Part shown: one piece after another, positions 1-9,730 of the stretch
Layout: every line of letters begins with the position of its first letter
How positions within the stretch are numbered: the stretch's first letter is position 1
Source of the DNA: Myxococcales bacterium
GTDB lineage: Bacteria > Myxococcota_A > Polyangia > Polyangiales > Houyiibacteriaceae
DNA: 64,000 nucleotides
Reading direction: 5' to 3'
NCBI GenBank assembly: GCA_029861865.1
Contig: JAOTYL010000011.1
Location: forward strand, 84,517 to 148,516
Notes under the pieces: generated by a model
The model's database searches: none
The model's input: the letters and a program-made list of their open reading frames with translations, nothing else
Told to the model about the DNA's origin: nothing
Program-made: the position numbers and the translations under genes

Positions 1-1314
1 GGCCGTGGTCCATACCGCCGTCTTGGAAATCCCTGGCGCCGACGCGCCGATTGATTTTGCGTACTGCCTGAAAGTCTGAGGGGACGGGTCAGGCGCCTCG
101 CTTTTCGAAAAGGTGTTCAGTATAAACTTTTCCTGTCGCGCACTGTTCCAATTGTCATAGTAATGTGCGCCTACACCGCCCGACGCGCCCAACGCCGCAA
201 GCGACAGCGTGAGTGCACCTGCCAGACGCCAGGACATGAAACGCCCCACGATGAAGAATGAGTACACGCTGAAAACGCCGAGCGTGAACAACAGCACCAT
301 GACATAGCCGAGGGGCAGTCCCGCGCCGTCAAGTATCGCTGCCACCACGACGTCGAAAGCGATCGGAACCGGCAGAAAGATTCCCAGACAGGCAACGGCG
401 ATCATCGCCAACCACATGCGCATCCCCAAACCCGGTGGCAGCAATTCCGCAAGTTTCTCCCACGGCAGCACATTGACCACCAGTGCACCCAGAAACCCGG
501 CCAGCAACATCAGAGGAACGGTGTAGCGAGCAATGAACCAAAGATTTCTGCCGTAGGTCTTTACCAGCCATTTCCCGGCCTCCAACCAGGAAGATGGTGC
601 AACCGGATCGACCTCCTCCAACACCGTGGGCAGCTTGATCATGCCGTGTACTTTTCCGACTCCCTCCCCGAATCGTCCCTCGTCAACGGGGACGTAACGG
701 GTGATCAGAGGGATCAGCACGATCAAGGCCACGAAGGTCATGACAATTTTCGCGATCGCAAGATGCAGCGGGAACAGCGAAAAAAGCATCGTCAGTACGA
801 CGAAGTTCAGCGTTGGGCTACTGATCATGGCAGCGAGAGCGGTTTCGACGGTCGCGCCGGCTGAGCTCAGTCCACAGGCGATCGGCGCCGCACAGTTCAC
901 GCAGACTCCCAGCGGCGCACCAAGCACGGTGCCAGCCAGGCTGTTGCTCAGGCGTCCTCCGAAGTTGAAACTCCTGAACAATGATATGAATGTCATGAGG
1001 GCTGCGGCTATCAACACACCAAACGTCATCCCCTGCTTGTTGGTGTTCACCCAGTTGACGGTGCTGTACAACACCTTCAGCAGGAACGGAGCATCAGCTT
1101 GCTTTGGCACCAGCGCACCAAAGCTCAAACCGTCTTCGAGCAGCGCGGTATCTCCCATGACCGCTTTCTCATTCAACGCAGGCACCCTGCTTCCTATCCA
1201 GAAATTCAAGGCGATAACCAGGCACAATCCCAGTGCGAGAATCGCTCGCTTGTCTTTAAGCAGATCGCCCACGTGGTAATGGCACAATATAGAAGGTTTT
1301 GACGGGAGGAACAC
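1..1314 (-). CDS. Predicted polytopic permease (DUF318/ArsP-like, CxxC-containing); 3' end runs off the window
   Basis: Minus-strand frame (codon low coordinate = 1 mod 3) stays open from about 1314 to position 1. That explains why it is missing from the ORF track. My translation reads ...ALMTFISLFRSFNFGGRLSNSLAGTVLGAPLGVCVNCAAPIACGLSSAGATVETALAAMISSPTLNFVVLTMLF..., followed by several more hydrophobic helices. The start is unresolved (GTG at 1314 or TTG at 1287). Confidence 0.6.
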   Translation of the reverse strand, partial: MFLPSKPSILCHYHVGDLLKDKRAILALGLCLVIALNFWIGSRVPALNEKAVMGDTALLEDGLSFGALVPKQADAPFLLKVLYSTVNWVNTNKQGMTFGVLIAAALMTFISLFRSFNFGGRLSNSLAGTVLGAPLGVCVNCAAPIACGLSSAGATVETALAAMISSPTLNFVVLTMLFSLFPLHLAIAKIVMTFVALIVLIPLITRYVPVDEGRFGEGVGKVHGMIKLPTVLEEVDPVAPSSWLEAGKWLVKTYGRNLWFIARYTVPLMLLAGFLGALVVNVLPWEKLAELLPPGLGMRMWLAMIAVACLGIFLPVPIAFDVVVAAILDGAGLPLGYVMVLLFTLGVFSVYSFFIVGRFMSWRLAGALTLSLAALGASGGVGAHYYDNWNSARQEKFILNTFSKSEAPDPSPQTFRQYAKSIGASAPGISKTAVWTTA

Positions 1315-1345
1315 ACGAACGTTAGAGCAACCCTGCCCTCTACCG

Positions 1346-2101
1346 CTAGACTGGATGGGCCTGTTGGACGTACTCCAGCGCCTGGCCCACCGGGAGAACT
1401 CGGCAGTTCGACCGCACTGCCGTGCGAACGGCGAACTCGAGCAATTGCGGTGTGCATCCGAACGCGTTCGGGTGCGGAATGACCGAATGGCTATAGAAAA
1501 CGAGCCACCCGGCGTCTCGTTCCGCGCGCTCGATGAGGCTAGCGACTTTGCGCTCCGTCAGTTTCCACGAATATAGTGGCACCGCTTTGACGAGTGATCT
1601 GTCGACGGTCCGAGTGTTGATACCGCCAAGAACTCCACGGCAAGAAGCGAACAACTCCGCACAGGCGCGCTTCACGCGCGTGTTCAAGCACCCGTATGGA
1701 TAGGCAAAGCTCTGAAGCGGCCTCTCGAGCCCGAGCTCGGAAAAGAACTGTCTGTTCTTCTCGAGATCTGCCCTCACCTCGTCGATCGAAATCTGTTGGT
1801 AGTTGAGATGACCGTAGCCGTGCGATCCGAGCTCGTGCTCACCACCCATGAGAGACCGCAAATCATCCCAGTCGTGGAAGGGTTCGCCGCCGTCGACCAG
1901 CTTTTGCGTGAAACCGCCGCTGATGTAATAGGTACCTGCGACGTCGAGGCTTTCCAGGATGCCGCGACCTTTTCGGCAGCCACTTTGGGGAACGTCATCG
2001 AAGGAGAAGGAGACGACGCCTGTCGGGTTCGACATGCGAATTCGGCTGGCCGCCGCCACTCTAGCCACGCGGCGCTCGAATCTCTGCCGCAGGGTTCTCA
2101 C
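1346..2101 (-). CDS. Polysaccharide deacetylase (NodB-homology / CE4)
   Basis: 251-aa ORF with a GTG start. It carries the CE4 motifs SFSFDDVP (Asp-Asp) and GSHGYGH (His-x3-His). It lies 31 nt upstream of the permease on the same strand. Confidence 0.8.
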   Translation of the reverse strand: MRTLRQRFERRVARVAAASRIRMSNPTGVVSFSFDDVPQSGCRKGRGILESLDVAGTYYISGGFTQKLVDGGEPFHDWDDLRSLMGGEHELGSHGYGHLNYQQISIDEVRADLEKNRQFFSELGLERPLQSFAYPYGCLNTRVKRACAELFASCRGVLGGINTRTVDRSLVKAVPLYSWKLTERKVASLIERAERDAGWLVFYSHSVIPHPNAFGCTPQLLEFAVRTAVRSNCRVLPVGQALEYVQQAHPV

Positions 2102-2241
2102 TTCGAGGTGTCTAGCAACTCGAAAGAAGCGACGCCACGTGGACTCTTCGCGCTACGGTTTACGGACGAGTCGTCGACGCGGAACAATTAGCTTGGCCGG
2201 GTGGGCTTACGGTCTGCTAAATCAATTACGATCGGGCACCG

Positions 2242-3459
2242 ATGAAGGTTGCATACTTCACAAATTACTATCCGGCCGTTAGCCACACCTTCATCCGAAG
2301 AGAAATCGCAGGACTCGAGGCAAAGGGCGCCGAAATTCATCGCTTCTCCGTTCGCCGATACCCTGGGGAATTAGTCGATCCGGACGACATTGCGGAAGCG
2401 AAGCGCACCACCGTCATTCTTGACGACGGGACACTTGCACTTGTGCAGACGGCGCTTGGCGTCGCGATTGGCAGGCCGGTTCGCTTCGGGAAAGCGCTGC
2501 TGGCGTCGATACGGATGGGGCTGCGCTCAGATCGGGGCCTGCTTCGAAACCTCGCTTACCTCTTGATTGCGTGCAGGCTCCTGTTGCTTCTCACACGAAG
2601 CGGATGTCGTCACCTGCACGTCCACTTCGGCACCAACCCCACCGCCGTCGCATATCTATGTGGTATTCTTGGCGGGCCTCCATACAGTTTCACCGTCCAC
2701 GGACCTGATGAGTTCGACAGGCCGTGGGCGCTCAGCCTCACGGAGAAAATCGAGGGCGCCGCGTTCGTCGTCGCGATCAGCAGCTTCGGAAGAAGTCAGC
2801 TCTATCGACAATGCAGCCTGGAGCATTGGCCCAAAATCAAGATCGTGCGATGCGGCGTCGACCAGGGATTCATCGATGCGAATACGCCACCGATCGCAGA
2901 CCGCCCTCGCTTGGTTTGTGTGGGAAGGCTGTGCGCGCAGAAGGGTCAGCTGCTCCTCGTCCAGGCCACTGCCAGACTCCGCGACGCAGGCGTTACCCTC
3001 GAGCTCATCCTCGTCGGCGACGGCGAGATGCGACCTGAGGTCGAGGCACTGGTTCGAGAGCACCGGCTCGAAGACGTCGTCAAGATAACCGGTTGGGCAT
3101 CGGGCGACGAAGTCCGGAACTACCTGTCGTCCTCGCGTGCATTGGTCTTGCCGAGCTTCGCCGAGGGTCTGCCGGTGGTCATCATGGAGGCGCTCGCCCT
3201 CGGACGACCGGTTCTCACGACCTACGTTGCGGGGATCCCCGAGCTCGTAGAACCGAATCGTTGTGGGTGGCTTGTTCCCGCGGGGTCGGTCGACGTGCTC
3301 GCTGACGCGATGAGGGAGGTGCTGACGACTCCGGTCTCACGGCTCACCGAGCTCGGCCAGGAAGGACGTCGCAGGGTTCTTGCACTCCACGACCCGCGCA
3401 CGGCGACCAGACTGCTCTTTGAAGAGCTGAAAAGAAGCTTGGAGTCGAGCGCGCTATGA
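2242..3459 (+). CDS. Glycosyltransferase family 4 (GT-B, retaining)
   Basis: 405-aa ORF. The C-terminal EGLPVVIMEALALGRPVLTTYVAGIPELVE contains the E-x7-E signature. A 4-nt ATGA overlap joins it to the next gene. Confidence 0.8.
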   Translation: MKVAYFTNYYPAVSHTFIRREIAGLEAKGAEIHRFSVRRYPGELVDPDDIAEAKRTTVILDDGTLALVQTALGVAIGRPVRFGKALLASIRMGLRSDRGLLRNLAYLLIACRLLLLLTRSGCRHLHVHFGTNPTAVAYLCGILGGPPYSFTVHGPDEFDRPWALSLTEKIEGAAFVVAISSFGRSQLYRQCSLEHWPKIKIVRCGVDQGFIDANTPPIADRPRLVCVGRLCAQKGQLLLVQATARLRDAGVTLELILVGDGEMRPEVEALVREHRLEDVVKITGWASGDEVRNYLSSSRALVLPSFAEGLPVVIMEALALGRPVLTTYVAGIPELVEPNRCGWLVPAGSVDVLADAMREVLTTPVSRLTELGQEGRRRVLALHDPRTATRLLFEELKRSLESSAL

Positions 3460-4640
3460 CCGTCAACGCCCTGGGCACAATCGTTGCCATTGCTGCGGTC
3501 GTCCTCCTCATTCCTTCGCTGACTGTCTTTGTCGAGTGCGTCGCAAGCGTGTTTGTGACTAGCGGGCGGTGCATCGCACGGCCGAGCGGAGTTTCCGCAG
3601 CCGTTCTGATCCCGGCCCACGATGAGGAGAACATCGTCGGCGTCACGGTCGAGTCTGTTCGCCAACAGCTAATTGCTTCGGATCGCATCTTGGTCGTCGC
3701 GGACAACTGCCAGGATGGCACTGCGCGAGTCGCATCCGGGGCCGGAGCGGAAGCCGTCGAGCGCCGCGACCCCGACAAGCGCGGGAAAGGTTACGCGCTT
3801 GCGTTCGGCCTGGAGCACCTCGCGACCGACCCGCGCGACGTGCTGATCGTCGTCGATGCGGACTGCTCGCTCACGCCTGGTTCGGTCGACGCGTTGGTCG
3901 AAGGCGCGACGCGTCTTGGACGGCCCGTACAAGCGGACAACGTATCCCAGGCCACCGATCCCTCTGTTGTCGGCAGGATTTCGACCTTTGCAATGCTGAT
4001 CCGCAACCGCGTGCGCCCTCGGGGTCTGCTCAGGCTTGGGTTGCCATGCCACCTCATGGGCACCGGGATGGCATTTCCATGGGATGTGATTCACACGGCG
4101 CCGCGAGTCGGCGCAGAGCTCGCGGAGGACCTCGTGATGGGCATTGAGCTCGCCATGCGCGGCTACGAGCCGGCACTGTGCATTCAAGCAAGCGTTCGAA
4201 GCGAGCTTCCGTCCGAACCGAGCGCCGCTCTTCAGCAACGAGGCCGTTGGGAACGCGGCCACGTCGACACGTTGCTCCAGCACGGCCCCCGCCTCGTCTG
4301 GGCAGGAATAGCAAGGCGTCGACCCTCACTCGTATTCGCAGGGGCCGATCTGATGGTGCCGCCACTCGCGATGCTCGTCGGTTCGCTGAGCTTCCTGCTC
4401 ACCATCGCAGCCGTCGTGTTCGCGTTCGGAGGTCCCATCAATCCCCTCGCGCTTTCCGGAGCTTCGCTCGCTCTGGTCGTTCTCGGCGTGATGATAGGTT
4501 GGGCCCGCTACGGCCGCAAAGTCCTCCCCTTTCGATACCTGCTTCTTGCGCCACTCTATATGCTCTGGAAGATGCCTCTCTATTTGTCGTTTGTCACCGG
4601 AGGACGCGAGAGGGACTGGAAGCGTACACCACGAAACTGA
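3456..4640 (+). CDS. Membrane glycosyltransferase family 2, processive beta-glycan synthase type (NodC/PgaC-like architecture)
   Basis: 394 aa with an N-terminal TM helix. Motifs seen: AVLIPAHDEE, VVDADC (DxD) and QQRGRWERG (QxxRW). The C-terminus has 3-4 TM helices (LMVPPLAMLVGSLSFLLTIAAVVFAF..., LALVVLGVMIGW...). Confidence 0.8.
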   Translation: MTVNALGTIVAIAAVVLLIPSLTVFVECVASVFVTSGRCIARPSGVSAAVLIPAHDEENIVGVTVESVRQQLIASDRILVVADNCQDGTARVASGAGAEAVERRDPDKRGKGYALAFGLEHLATDPRDVLIVVDADCSLTPGSVDALVEGATRLGRPVQADNVSQATDPSVVGRISTFAMLIRNRVRPRGLLRLGLPCHLMGTGMAFPWDVIHTAPRVGAELAEDLVMGIELAMRGYEPALCIQASVRSELPSEPSAALQQRGRWERGHVDTLLQHGPRLVWAGIARRRPSLVFAGADLMVPPLAMLVGSLSFLLTIAAVVFAFGGPINPLALSGASLALVVLGVMIGWARYGRKVLPFRYLLLAPLYMLWKMPLYLSFVTGGRERDWKRTPRN

Positions 4641-4647
4641 GGTCGGA

Positions 4648-5418
4648 TTAGGAAGCCGCGACAAAGTCCACCGCCTCCGCGATCAACGCTTGATCCCGAA
4701 GCAAGGACCGGTGCCCGAGCCCCGAAGTCGTGATCAGACGGGAGCCACTCCAGGCCCGCGCTGTTTCCACGGAGTCTGTATATGGTATCTCGGTATCCCT
4801 GGGGTCGTGGAACAGCAGCGCGGGGATGTCGAGTTGCGGCGCGATTTCGTCCAACGCGGAGTCAAGCCACACCCTGGGGCCGAACAACTCGTCCATGCGA
4901 GCCACGAGCTCGTCCTCTACGGCATCGCCGAGATTCCTACGCGCGACAAACCTGTGCAGGGCTTCTCGCAGCTTGCAGATGGGACACAACAGCACGATTC
5001 GATCGACGACCACCCCACGGCTGACGGCCATCGCTGCGCTGGCAGCGCCCATCGAGTGCGCAATGATCGCATGGACCGGCGCCAAGCGTTGCGCAGCAGT
5101 CTCTACCACCTCGGAGAACTCGAACAAGTTCGAAAGATCCCCGGCGCTTCGGCCGTGCGCCGGCGCGTCCACTGCGACGGCCCGGAAACCGGCCTCGACA
5201 AGCGGCTGAACGAAGGAGCTGAAATGCGACGCGCGGCTGCCCCACCCGTGCATCAGCAAGACCGTTGGGCCGCTGCCCCAAGCGTACGCGGAGAGCGGCA
5301 GGTCTCCATGAGTGATCGTGAATTGCTCCGCCGTGCTCAGAAACCGCTGCTCACGAACGCTTTCCTGACTCCTGGGGGGCGGAGTGAACCATTGGCGCCA
5401 CGCCTCTTCGACAGACAC
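4648..5418 (-). CDS. Alpha/beta hydrolase
   Basis: The ORF is open to 5640, but its first 74 codons are Arg/Gly-rich and overlap the desaturase gene. I propose GTG 5418 as the start. Motifs seen: VLLMHGWGS (HG oxyanion motif) and IIAHSMGA (GxSxG nucleophile elbow). Confidence 0.7.
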   Translation of the reverse strand: MSVEEAWRQWFTPPPRSQESVREQRFLSTAEQFTITHGDLPLSAYAWGSGPTVLLMHGWGSRASHFSSFVQPLVEAGFRAVAVDAPAHGRSAGDLSNLFEFSEVVETAAQRLAPVHAIIAHSMGAASAAMAVSRGVVVDRIVLLCPICKLREALHRFVARRNLGDAVEDELVARMDELFGPRVWLDSALDEIAPQLDIPALLFHDPRDTEIPYTDSVETARAWSGSRLITTSGLGHRSLLRDQALIAEAVDFVAAS

Positions 5419-5498
5419 GCCGCTCGAGCCACCGGCCGGCGTGGCGACCGACCTTGGAACGGCTGAGCCCCTGCCCTTCTTTGGGGAGGCGGGTCGGC

Positions 5499-6488
5499 TC
5501 ACGTGGTGCGTCCCTCGGCGCGAGAGGGTTGGGCGAGCTTGGCAGCGATCTCCTCGGCGCTGGGCTCTCGCACCTTCCACGCCAAACCGAAGGTCTTCAT
5601 GAGCGTGATGAACCCGCCCGCAACGTCGACCTCCCACCACTTCAATCCGAGGTAGGCCGATCGGGGAAAGGCGTGGTGATTGTTCTGTAAGGACGAGCCG
5701 AAAGAGGGTAGCGCGAGCCAGAGGTTATTGGCGCTGTAGTCCCCGGTGTCGAAGGGGCTGGCGCCAAAGCGGTGCGCAAACGACGCAACGCTCCAGGTCG
5801 TGTGGTGGACGAGAAACATCCGTACCATTCCCCCCCAGAGGAAACCGCTCAGCGCGCCTACCCAGGTCCCGGTCGCTACCCAACCGATGACCGTCGGAAT
5901 AACGAGACCCGCCACGACAATCATGCCGTACATGTCGTTGATCTTCCTCAGTGCCGGGTCTTTGTTGATGTCCCTCGCGAACAGCGTGCAGTTCGTCACA
6001 TCGCCCATCAGCATGTGACCGATGTGGGCATGCCACAGTCCTACCATCGGCCCGAGCTTCTGCGGTTTCCCCTCCTTGTGGCGAACGCGGGGAGAGTGTG
6101 GATCGTCGCCAGTGTCGCTGTGGGCATGGTGCCGGCGGTGATCCGCAACCCAGTGCAGCAAGCGACCTTCGGCCGCCATCGACCCCAGGACCGCGAGGAG
6201 GTTCCGCATCCACCGATGCGTTTGGAAGGCCCTGTGTGCAAGGCTGCGATGAAGCCCGACCTCGATTCCGAAGGTCGTCAGCGCGAAGCCCCCGACCATG
6301 AGGCCGATCTCGAGCGCCCCGAAGCCTGTTACTGGGATCAACGCAACTGCCGCCACCGTGCCCAGAAAGGGCGCCCAGACGGTCGCCAGCGCGATTCTTC
6401 TGTGGCGCGGTCGAAGTGCCGCATCGCGTATTACGAGAGGCGGGCGTTTGCGTACGTCCGCCGACCGACTTTGGTTCGTCTCAGGCAT
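5499..6488 (-). CDS. Membrane fatty acid desaturase (acyl-CoA/acyl-lipid desaturase family), paralog 1
   Basis: Three His boxes: HRSLAHRAF, HRRHHAHSD, QNNHHAFP. TM helices lie upstream of box 1. The ATG at 6488 (MPETNQ) overlaps the upstream gene's stop by 8 nt; the ORF track extends to 6536. Confidence 0.85.
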   Translation of the reverse strand: MPETNQSRSADVRKRPPLVIRDAALRPRHRRIALATVWAPFLGTVAAVALIPVTGFGALEIGLMVGGFALTTFGIEVGLHRSLAHRAFQTHRWMRNLLAVLGSMAAEGRLLHWVADHRRHHAHSDTGDDPHSPRVRHKEGKPQKLGPMVGLWHAHIGHMLMGDVTNCTLFARDINKDPALRKINDMYGMIVVAGLVIPTVIGWVATGTWVGALSGFLWGGMVRMFLVHHTTWSVASFAHRFGASPFDTGDYSANNLWLALPSFGSSLQNNHHAFPRSAYLGLKWWEVDVAGGFITLMKTFGLAWKVREPSAEEIAAKLAQPSRAEGRTT

Positions 6489-7458
6489 GTTGAACCCTCT
6501 TGCGTCTGCTTTCGATCTGTTCTTTTGAGGGCACATTCACGTTCCAGGCCAGCCCGAGCCACCGGAACAGTCTGATGAACGCCATGCCGACGTCGGGTTG
6601 ATACCACCGGAATCCGAGCAGTGCTGAGCGCGGGAAGGCGTGGTGATTGTTCTGGTAGGCCGACCCGAAGGTGGGAACGGCGAACACCGGGTTGTTCGTG
6701 CTGAAGTCTTTGTTGTCGTAGGGCTGGCCCCCATACATGTGACTGAATGAACCGTTCGCGTAGTAAATGTGGTGGACGACAAACATCCTCACGAATCCGC
6801 CCCACAGTAGACCGCTCAGCGCTCCGAGCCAGGTTCCCGAGATCACACCACCGAGCACGGTTGGAATCAGGAGTCCGACGACGATCCAGAACCTGTAGGA
6901 ACGGTTGATCCTGGAGATCATGGGATCCCGGATCATGTCTCTCGCGAAAAGCGTACAGTTCGTGGGGAGTCCCTCGTACATGTTGCCGACTTGCGCGTAC
7001 CACAGGCCCTTCGATCGGCCCATCCTCTCGCCTCCCTTCTTGCCGATGCGGTAGTGCGGCGAGTGGGGATCCTCGGGCGTGTCGCTATGAACGTGGTGGC
7101 GTCTGTGCGTGGCCACCCAATAGACGGGACCGCCCTGGGCCGCCATGCAGCCGGCGACGGCGAGAAAGTAACGAAGCCAGGGCTTCGACTCGAAAGCTTT
7201 GTGGGACAGCTGCCGGTGGAAGCTGACCTCGACGCCCGCCATCGTGAGCACGTACATCCCGATCAGGAGACCGATCTCGAGAGCTCCGATTCCCCAGATG
7301 AAGGCGGTCGCGATGGCGATCACGGTGCCGATCGTCGGAACCCAAAGCGTGATCAAACCGAGCCGCCTCTTTGCGGCCATGACCGGCTCCGACTCGATGA
7401 TCGGTGAGGGCTTCTTCCGTGCTGCCGCGGGCGCCGCTTGGGTTGCAGAATTCGTCAC
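6481..7458 (-). CDS. Membrane fatty acid desaturase, paralog 2
   Basis: His boxes HRQLSHKAF, HRRHHVHSD, QNNHHAFP. It aligns along its whole length with paralog 1 (shared TNCTLFARD...DP...IN, LIPTV.GG/W blocks). Its start overlaps the ACP stop (ATGA). Confidence 0.85.
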   Translation of the reverse strand: MTNSATQAAPAAARKKPSPIIESEPVMAAKRRLGLITLWVPTIGTVIAIATAFIWGIGALEIGLLIGMYVLTMAGVEVSFHRQLSHKAFESKPWLRYFLAVAGCMAAQGGPVYWVATHRRHHVHSDTPEDPHSPHYRIGKKGGERMGRSKGLWYAQVGNMYEGLPTNCTLFARDMIRDPMISRINRSYRFWIVVGLLIPTVLGGVISGTWLGALSGLLWGGFVRMFVVHHIYYANGSFSHMYGGQPYDNKDFSTNNPVFAVPTFGSAYQNNHHAFPRSALLGFRWYQPDVGMAFIRLFRWLGLAWNVNVPSKEQIESRRKRVQHA

Positions 7459-7715
7459 CGTGCCTCTTCGCGGAGATGCTCGACGAGGTGCGCCGCCAAC
7501 GCGTCCACCGTGGTGAACTCGGAGGCCAGCGCCGCATCCAGCTTGATGCCCAACCAGTCGCCGAGATCCCCGCTCATGCCGGCCGCGGCGGTGGAATCGA
7601 GGCCGTATGCCTCAAACGACGTTGCGGTGTCGATCTCCTTCGGATCCATGCCCAACAGGTCGCCGAGATACAACACCATCCAATCTCGAATCTCTTCCGC
7701 CGTCGGTGTAGCCAT
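7455..7715 (-). CDS. Acyl carrier protein (stand-alone)
   Basis: MATPTAEEIRDW...FEAYGLDSTAAAGMSGDL, which contains the phosphopantetheine attachment motif GLDS. The ATG at 7715 lies 4 nt after the FAAL stop. The track ORF (to 7847) adds an implausible N-terminal extension that overlaps FAAL. Confidence 0.8.
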   Translation of the reverse strand: MATPTAEEIRDWMVLYLGDLLGMDPKEIDTATSFEAYGLDSTAAAGMSGDLGDWLGIKLDAALASEFTTVDALAAHLVEHLREEAR

Positions 7716-7719
7716 CGTT

Positions 7720-9558
7720 TCAACTCTCTCCAGGCGTCTGCACTCGGTGACTTGCGTGTCTGGCTCCAGCGCGCTGACGATCGACCACCCCGGTTGACTG
7801 GATCTCGGGGTAGACCATCGGAAGCGTCCCGTTGAGGTATTGCTCACACGACGCCCTGCGACGGACTTTGCCGCTCGATGTCTTCGGAAGCGTGCCGGGG
7901 TGGATCAGCACCAGGTCGTGGACCCGAAGACCGTGCTGTCGCACAACTGCCGCGCGCACGGCCAGCGACAGCGCCTCAGCCGCCTGTGATCCCTCGCTCG
8001 CGAGAGCCGCGGCGCCCTTGCGGTCGATTTCCTGGATCACGACCAGCCTATCGTCTTCTCCGTTCGCCTCGAGGGCCACCGCGGCCCCACACCCCGGTCG
8101 AAGAAATGGGTGACTGAGACCGACGGTCCATTCGATGTCCTGCGGGTAGTGATTGCGGCCGCGGATGATGATCAGGTCCTTGAGCCGCCCGGTTACGAAT
8201 AGCTGGCCATCTCGCACAAACCCGAGGTCTCCCGTCCGCAGGAACGGTCCTTCTCCAGTGTCCGCCAGGTGTGCATGGAAGGTCGCTTCGGACAGCCCGG
8301 GTTGATTCTCGTATCCCTGGGCCACGCTTTTCCCTGAGATCCAGATCTCACCGATCTCGTCCGGCTCACAAGCGACCGACGTTGCCGGGTTGACCGCGAT
8401 CACCTTCAGGCCCTTCCATGGTCGGCCGCAACCGACGAGGCGCCGACAGCCACTCGGATCGTCACCAGCCTCGGCTACACGTCGCCTGTTGAGGGCCATA
8501 CCGTCGAACGTCGAAGTGACCGGAGGTGCGTCCGAGAGGCCACCTGTTACGAATAGGGTGGCCTCGGCCAGCCCGTAACAGGGGTAGAAAGCCGCCTCTC
8601 GAAAGCCGTAGGGCCGGAAAGCCTGTGCGAAGCGCTCCATGGTTTCGGGTCGGATCGGCTCCGCGCCGTTGTAGGCGACCTTCCAACTGCCGAGGTCCAG
8701 ACCTTCCCGCCGTTCCTCGGGAACCCGCTTGACGCAAAGCTCGTAGGCGAAATTCGGTGCGCCGCTCGTCGTGCCACCGTAGCGTGAGATCGCTCGAAGC
8801 CAGCGTACGGGCTTCTGTGCAAAGGCTTCCGGTGCCATGAGGGTGCATGGGATGCCGAGATAAAGCGGTTGGAGCACATTGCCGATCAGCCCCATGTCAT
8901 GGTGCAGGGGGAGCCATCCGACGAACACGGTCTCGTCACTATGGCCGAAGGCCTCGGCGATCATACTCTGATTCTCGAGAAGGTTGCCGTGGGTGGCCGC
9001 CACGCCCTTGGGCGATCCGGTCGAGCCCGACGTGTACTGCAGCAACGCCAGGGTCTCGCCGGAGACGTCGGGCTCCTGCCACCGCTCGGCGAGAGCCGAG
9101 GGGAGAGAGTCGGTTGAGAAACATCGAAGCGTGCCCAGCACGGAATCCTCGCGGCAACGAATGTGGGCGTCTTCCAGCAGGGTCTCGGTCGTGAGCACCA
9201 TGGTCGCCTGCGAGTCCAATGCGATCCGATGGAGTTTGGACAATCCCTGGTTGCGGCGCGGTGCGCTGACGGGAACAGGAGTGACCCCGCCATAGAGACA
9301 GCCCACGAACGCCGAGATGAAGTCGAGCCCCGACCCGTAGAGCAGCAGAGCGCGACCGCCTGACAGGCCCGAGGCCTGCAACTGCGCGGCGATCGTGCGC
9401 GCTTCGAGATCGAGCTGCGAGAAGGTCAGAGTGCGGTCCTCAACCTCTCCGTCCCTCAACCAGCGATACGCAAGCTCTGGCCCGCGAACGCTGGCATGGT
9501 GGCGACAGAGTTCTACCAACGTCTGAAACGGCGCCGCCGGGTCCGCCTCTCGGCTCAC
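7720..9558 (-). CDS. Fatty acyl-AMP ligase (FAAL, FadD32-like adenylating enzyme)
   Basis: AMP-binding core LLQYTSGSTGSPKGVAATHGNLL, plus later YGLAE and TGDLGF blocks. About 610 aa and followed directly by an ACP, which is the typical FAAL arrangement. GTG 9558 is preceded by AAGGAG with a 7-nt spacer. Confidence 0.8.
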   Translation of the reverse strand: MSREADPAAPFQTLVELCRHHASVRGPELAYRWLRDGEVEDRTLTFSQLDLEARTIAAQLQASGLSGGRALLLYGSGLDFISAFVGCLYGGVTPVPVSAPRRNQGLSKLHRIALDSQATMVLTTETLLEDAHIRCREDSVLGTLRCFSTDSLPSALAERWQEPDVSGETLALLQYTSGSTGSPKGVAATHGNLLENQSMIAEAFGHSDETVFVGWLPLHHDMGLIGNVLQPLYLGIPCTLMAPEAFAQKPVRWLRAISRYGGTTSGAPNFAYELCVKRVPEERREGLDLGSWKVAYNGAEPIRPETMERFAQAFRPYGFREAAFYPCYGLAEATLFVTGGLSDAPPVTSTFDGMALNRRRVAEAGDDPSGCRRLVGCGRPWKGLKVIAVNPATSVACEPDEIGEIWISGKSVAQGYENQPGLSEATFHAHLADTGEGPFLRTGDLGFVRDGQLFVTGRLKDLIIIRGRNHYPQDIEWTVGLSHPFLRPGCGAAVALEANGEDDRLVVIQEIDRKGAAALASEGSQAAEALSLAVRAAVVRQHGLRVHDLVLIHPGTLPKTSSGKVRRRASCEQYLNGTLPMVYPEIQSTGVVDRQRAGARHASHRVQTPGES

Positions 9559-9565
9559 GCCAGTT

Positions 9566-9571
9566 CTCCTT
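9566..9571 (-). promoter_or_regulatory. Shine-Dalgarno (AAGGAG) for the FAAL gene
   Basis: The minus strand reads GAAAAGAAGGAGAACTGGCGTG, i.e. AAGGAG, 7 nt, then GTG at 9558. Confidence 0.5.
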
Positions 9572-9730
9572 CTTTTCGACAAATGCGACCCAAAAAAAGT
9601 GTCCCCGATGATACGGTCCAATCCAGACAGGCACAAGAGGTTTGTCGGCTTCTGCCAAGGCAAGCAGCCGCCCTGACGACACTGCGCCCGGATCATTCGG
9701 TTGTGTGTGTGTTAGCTTTTCACACGCGTC

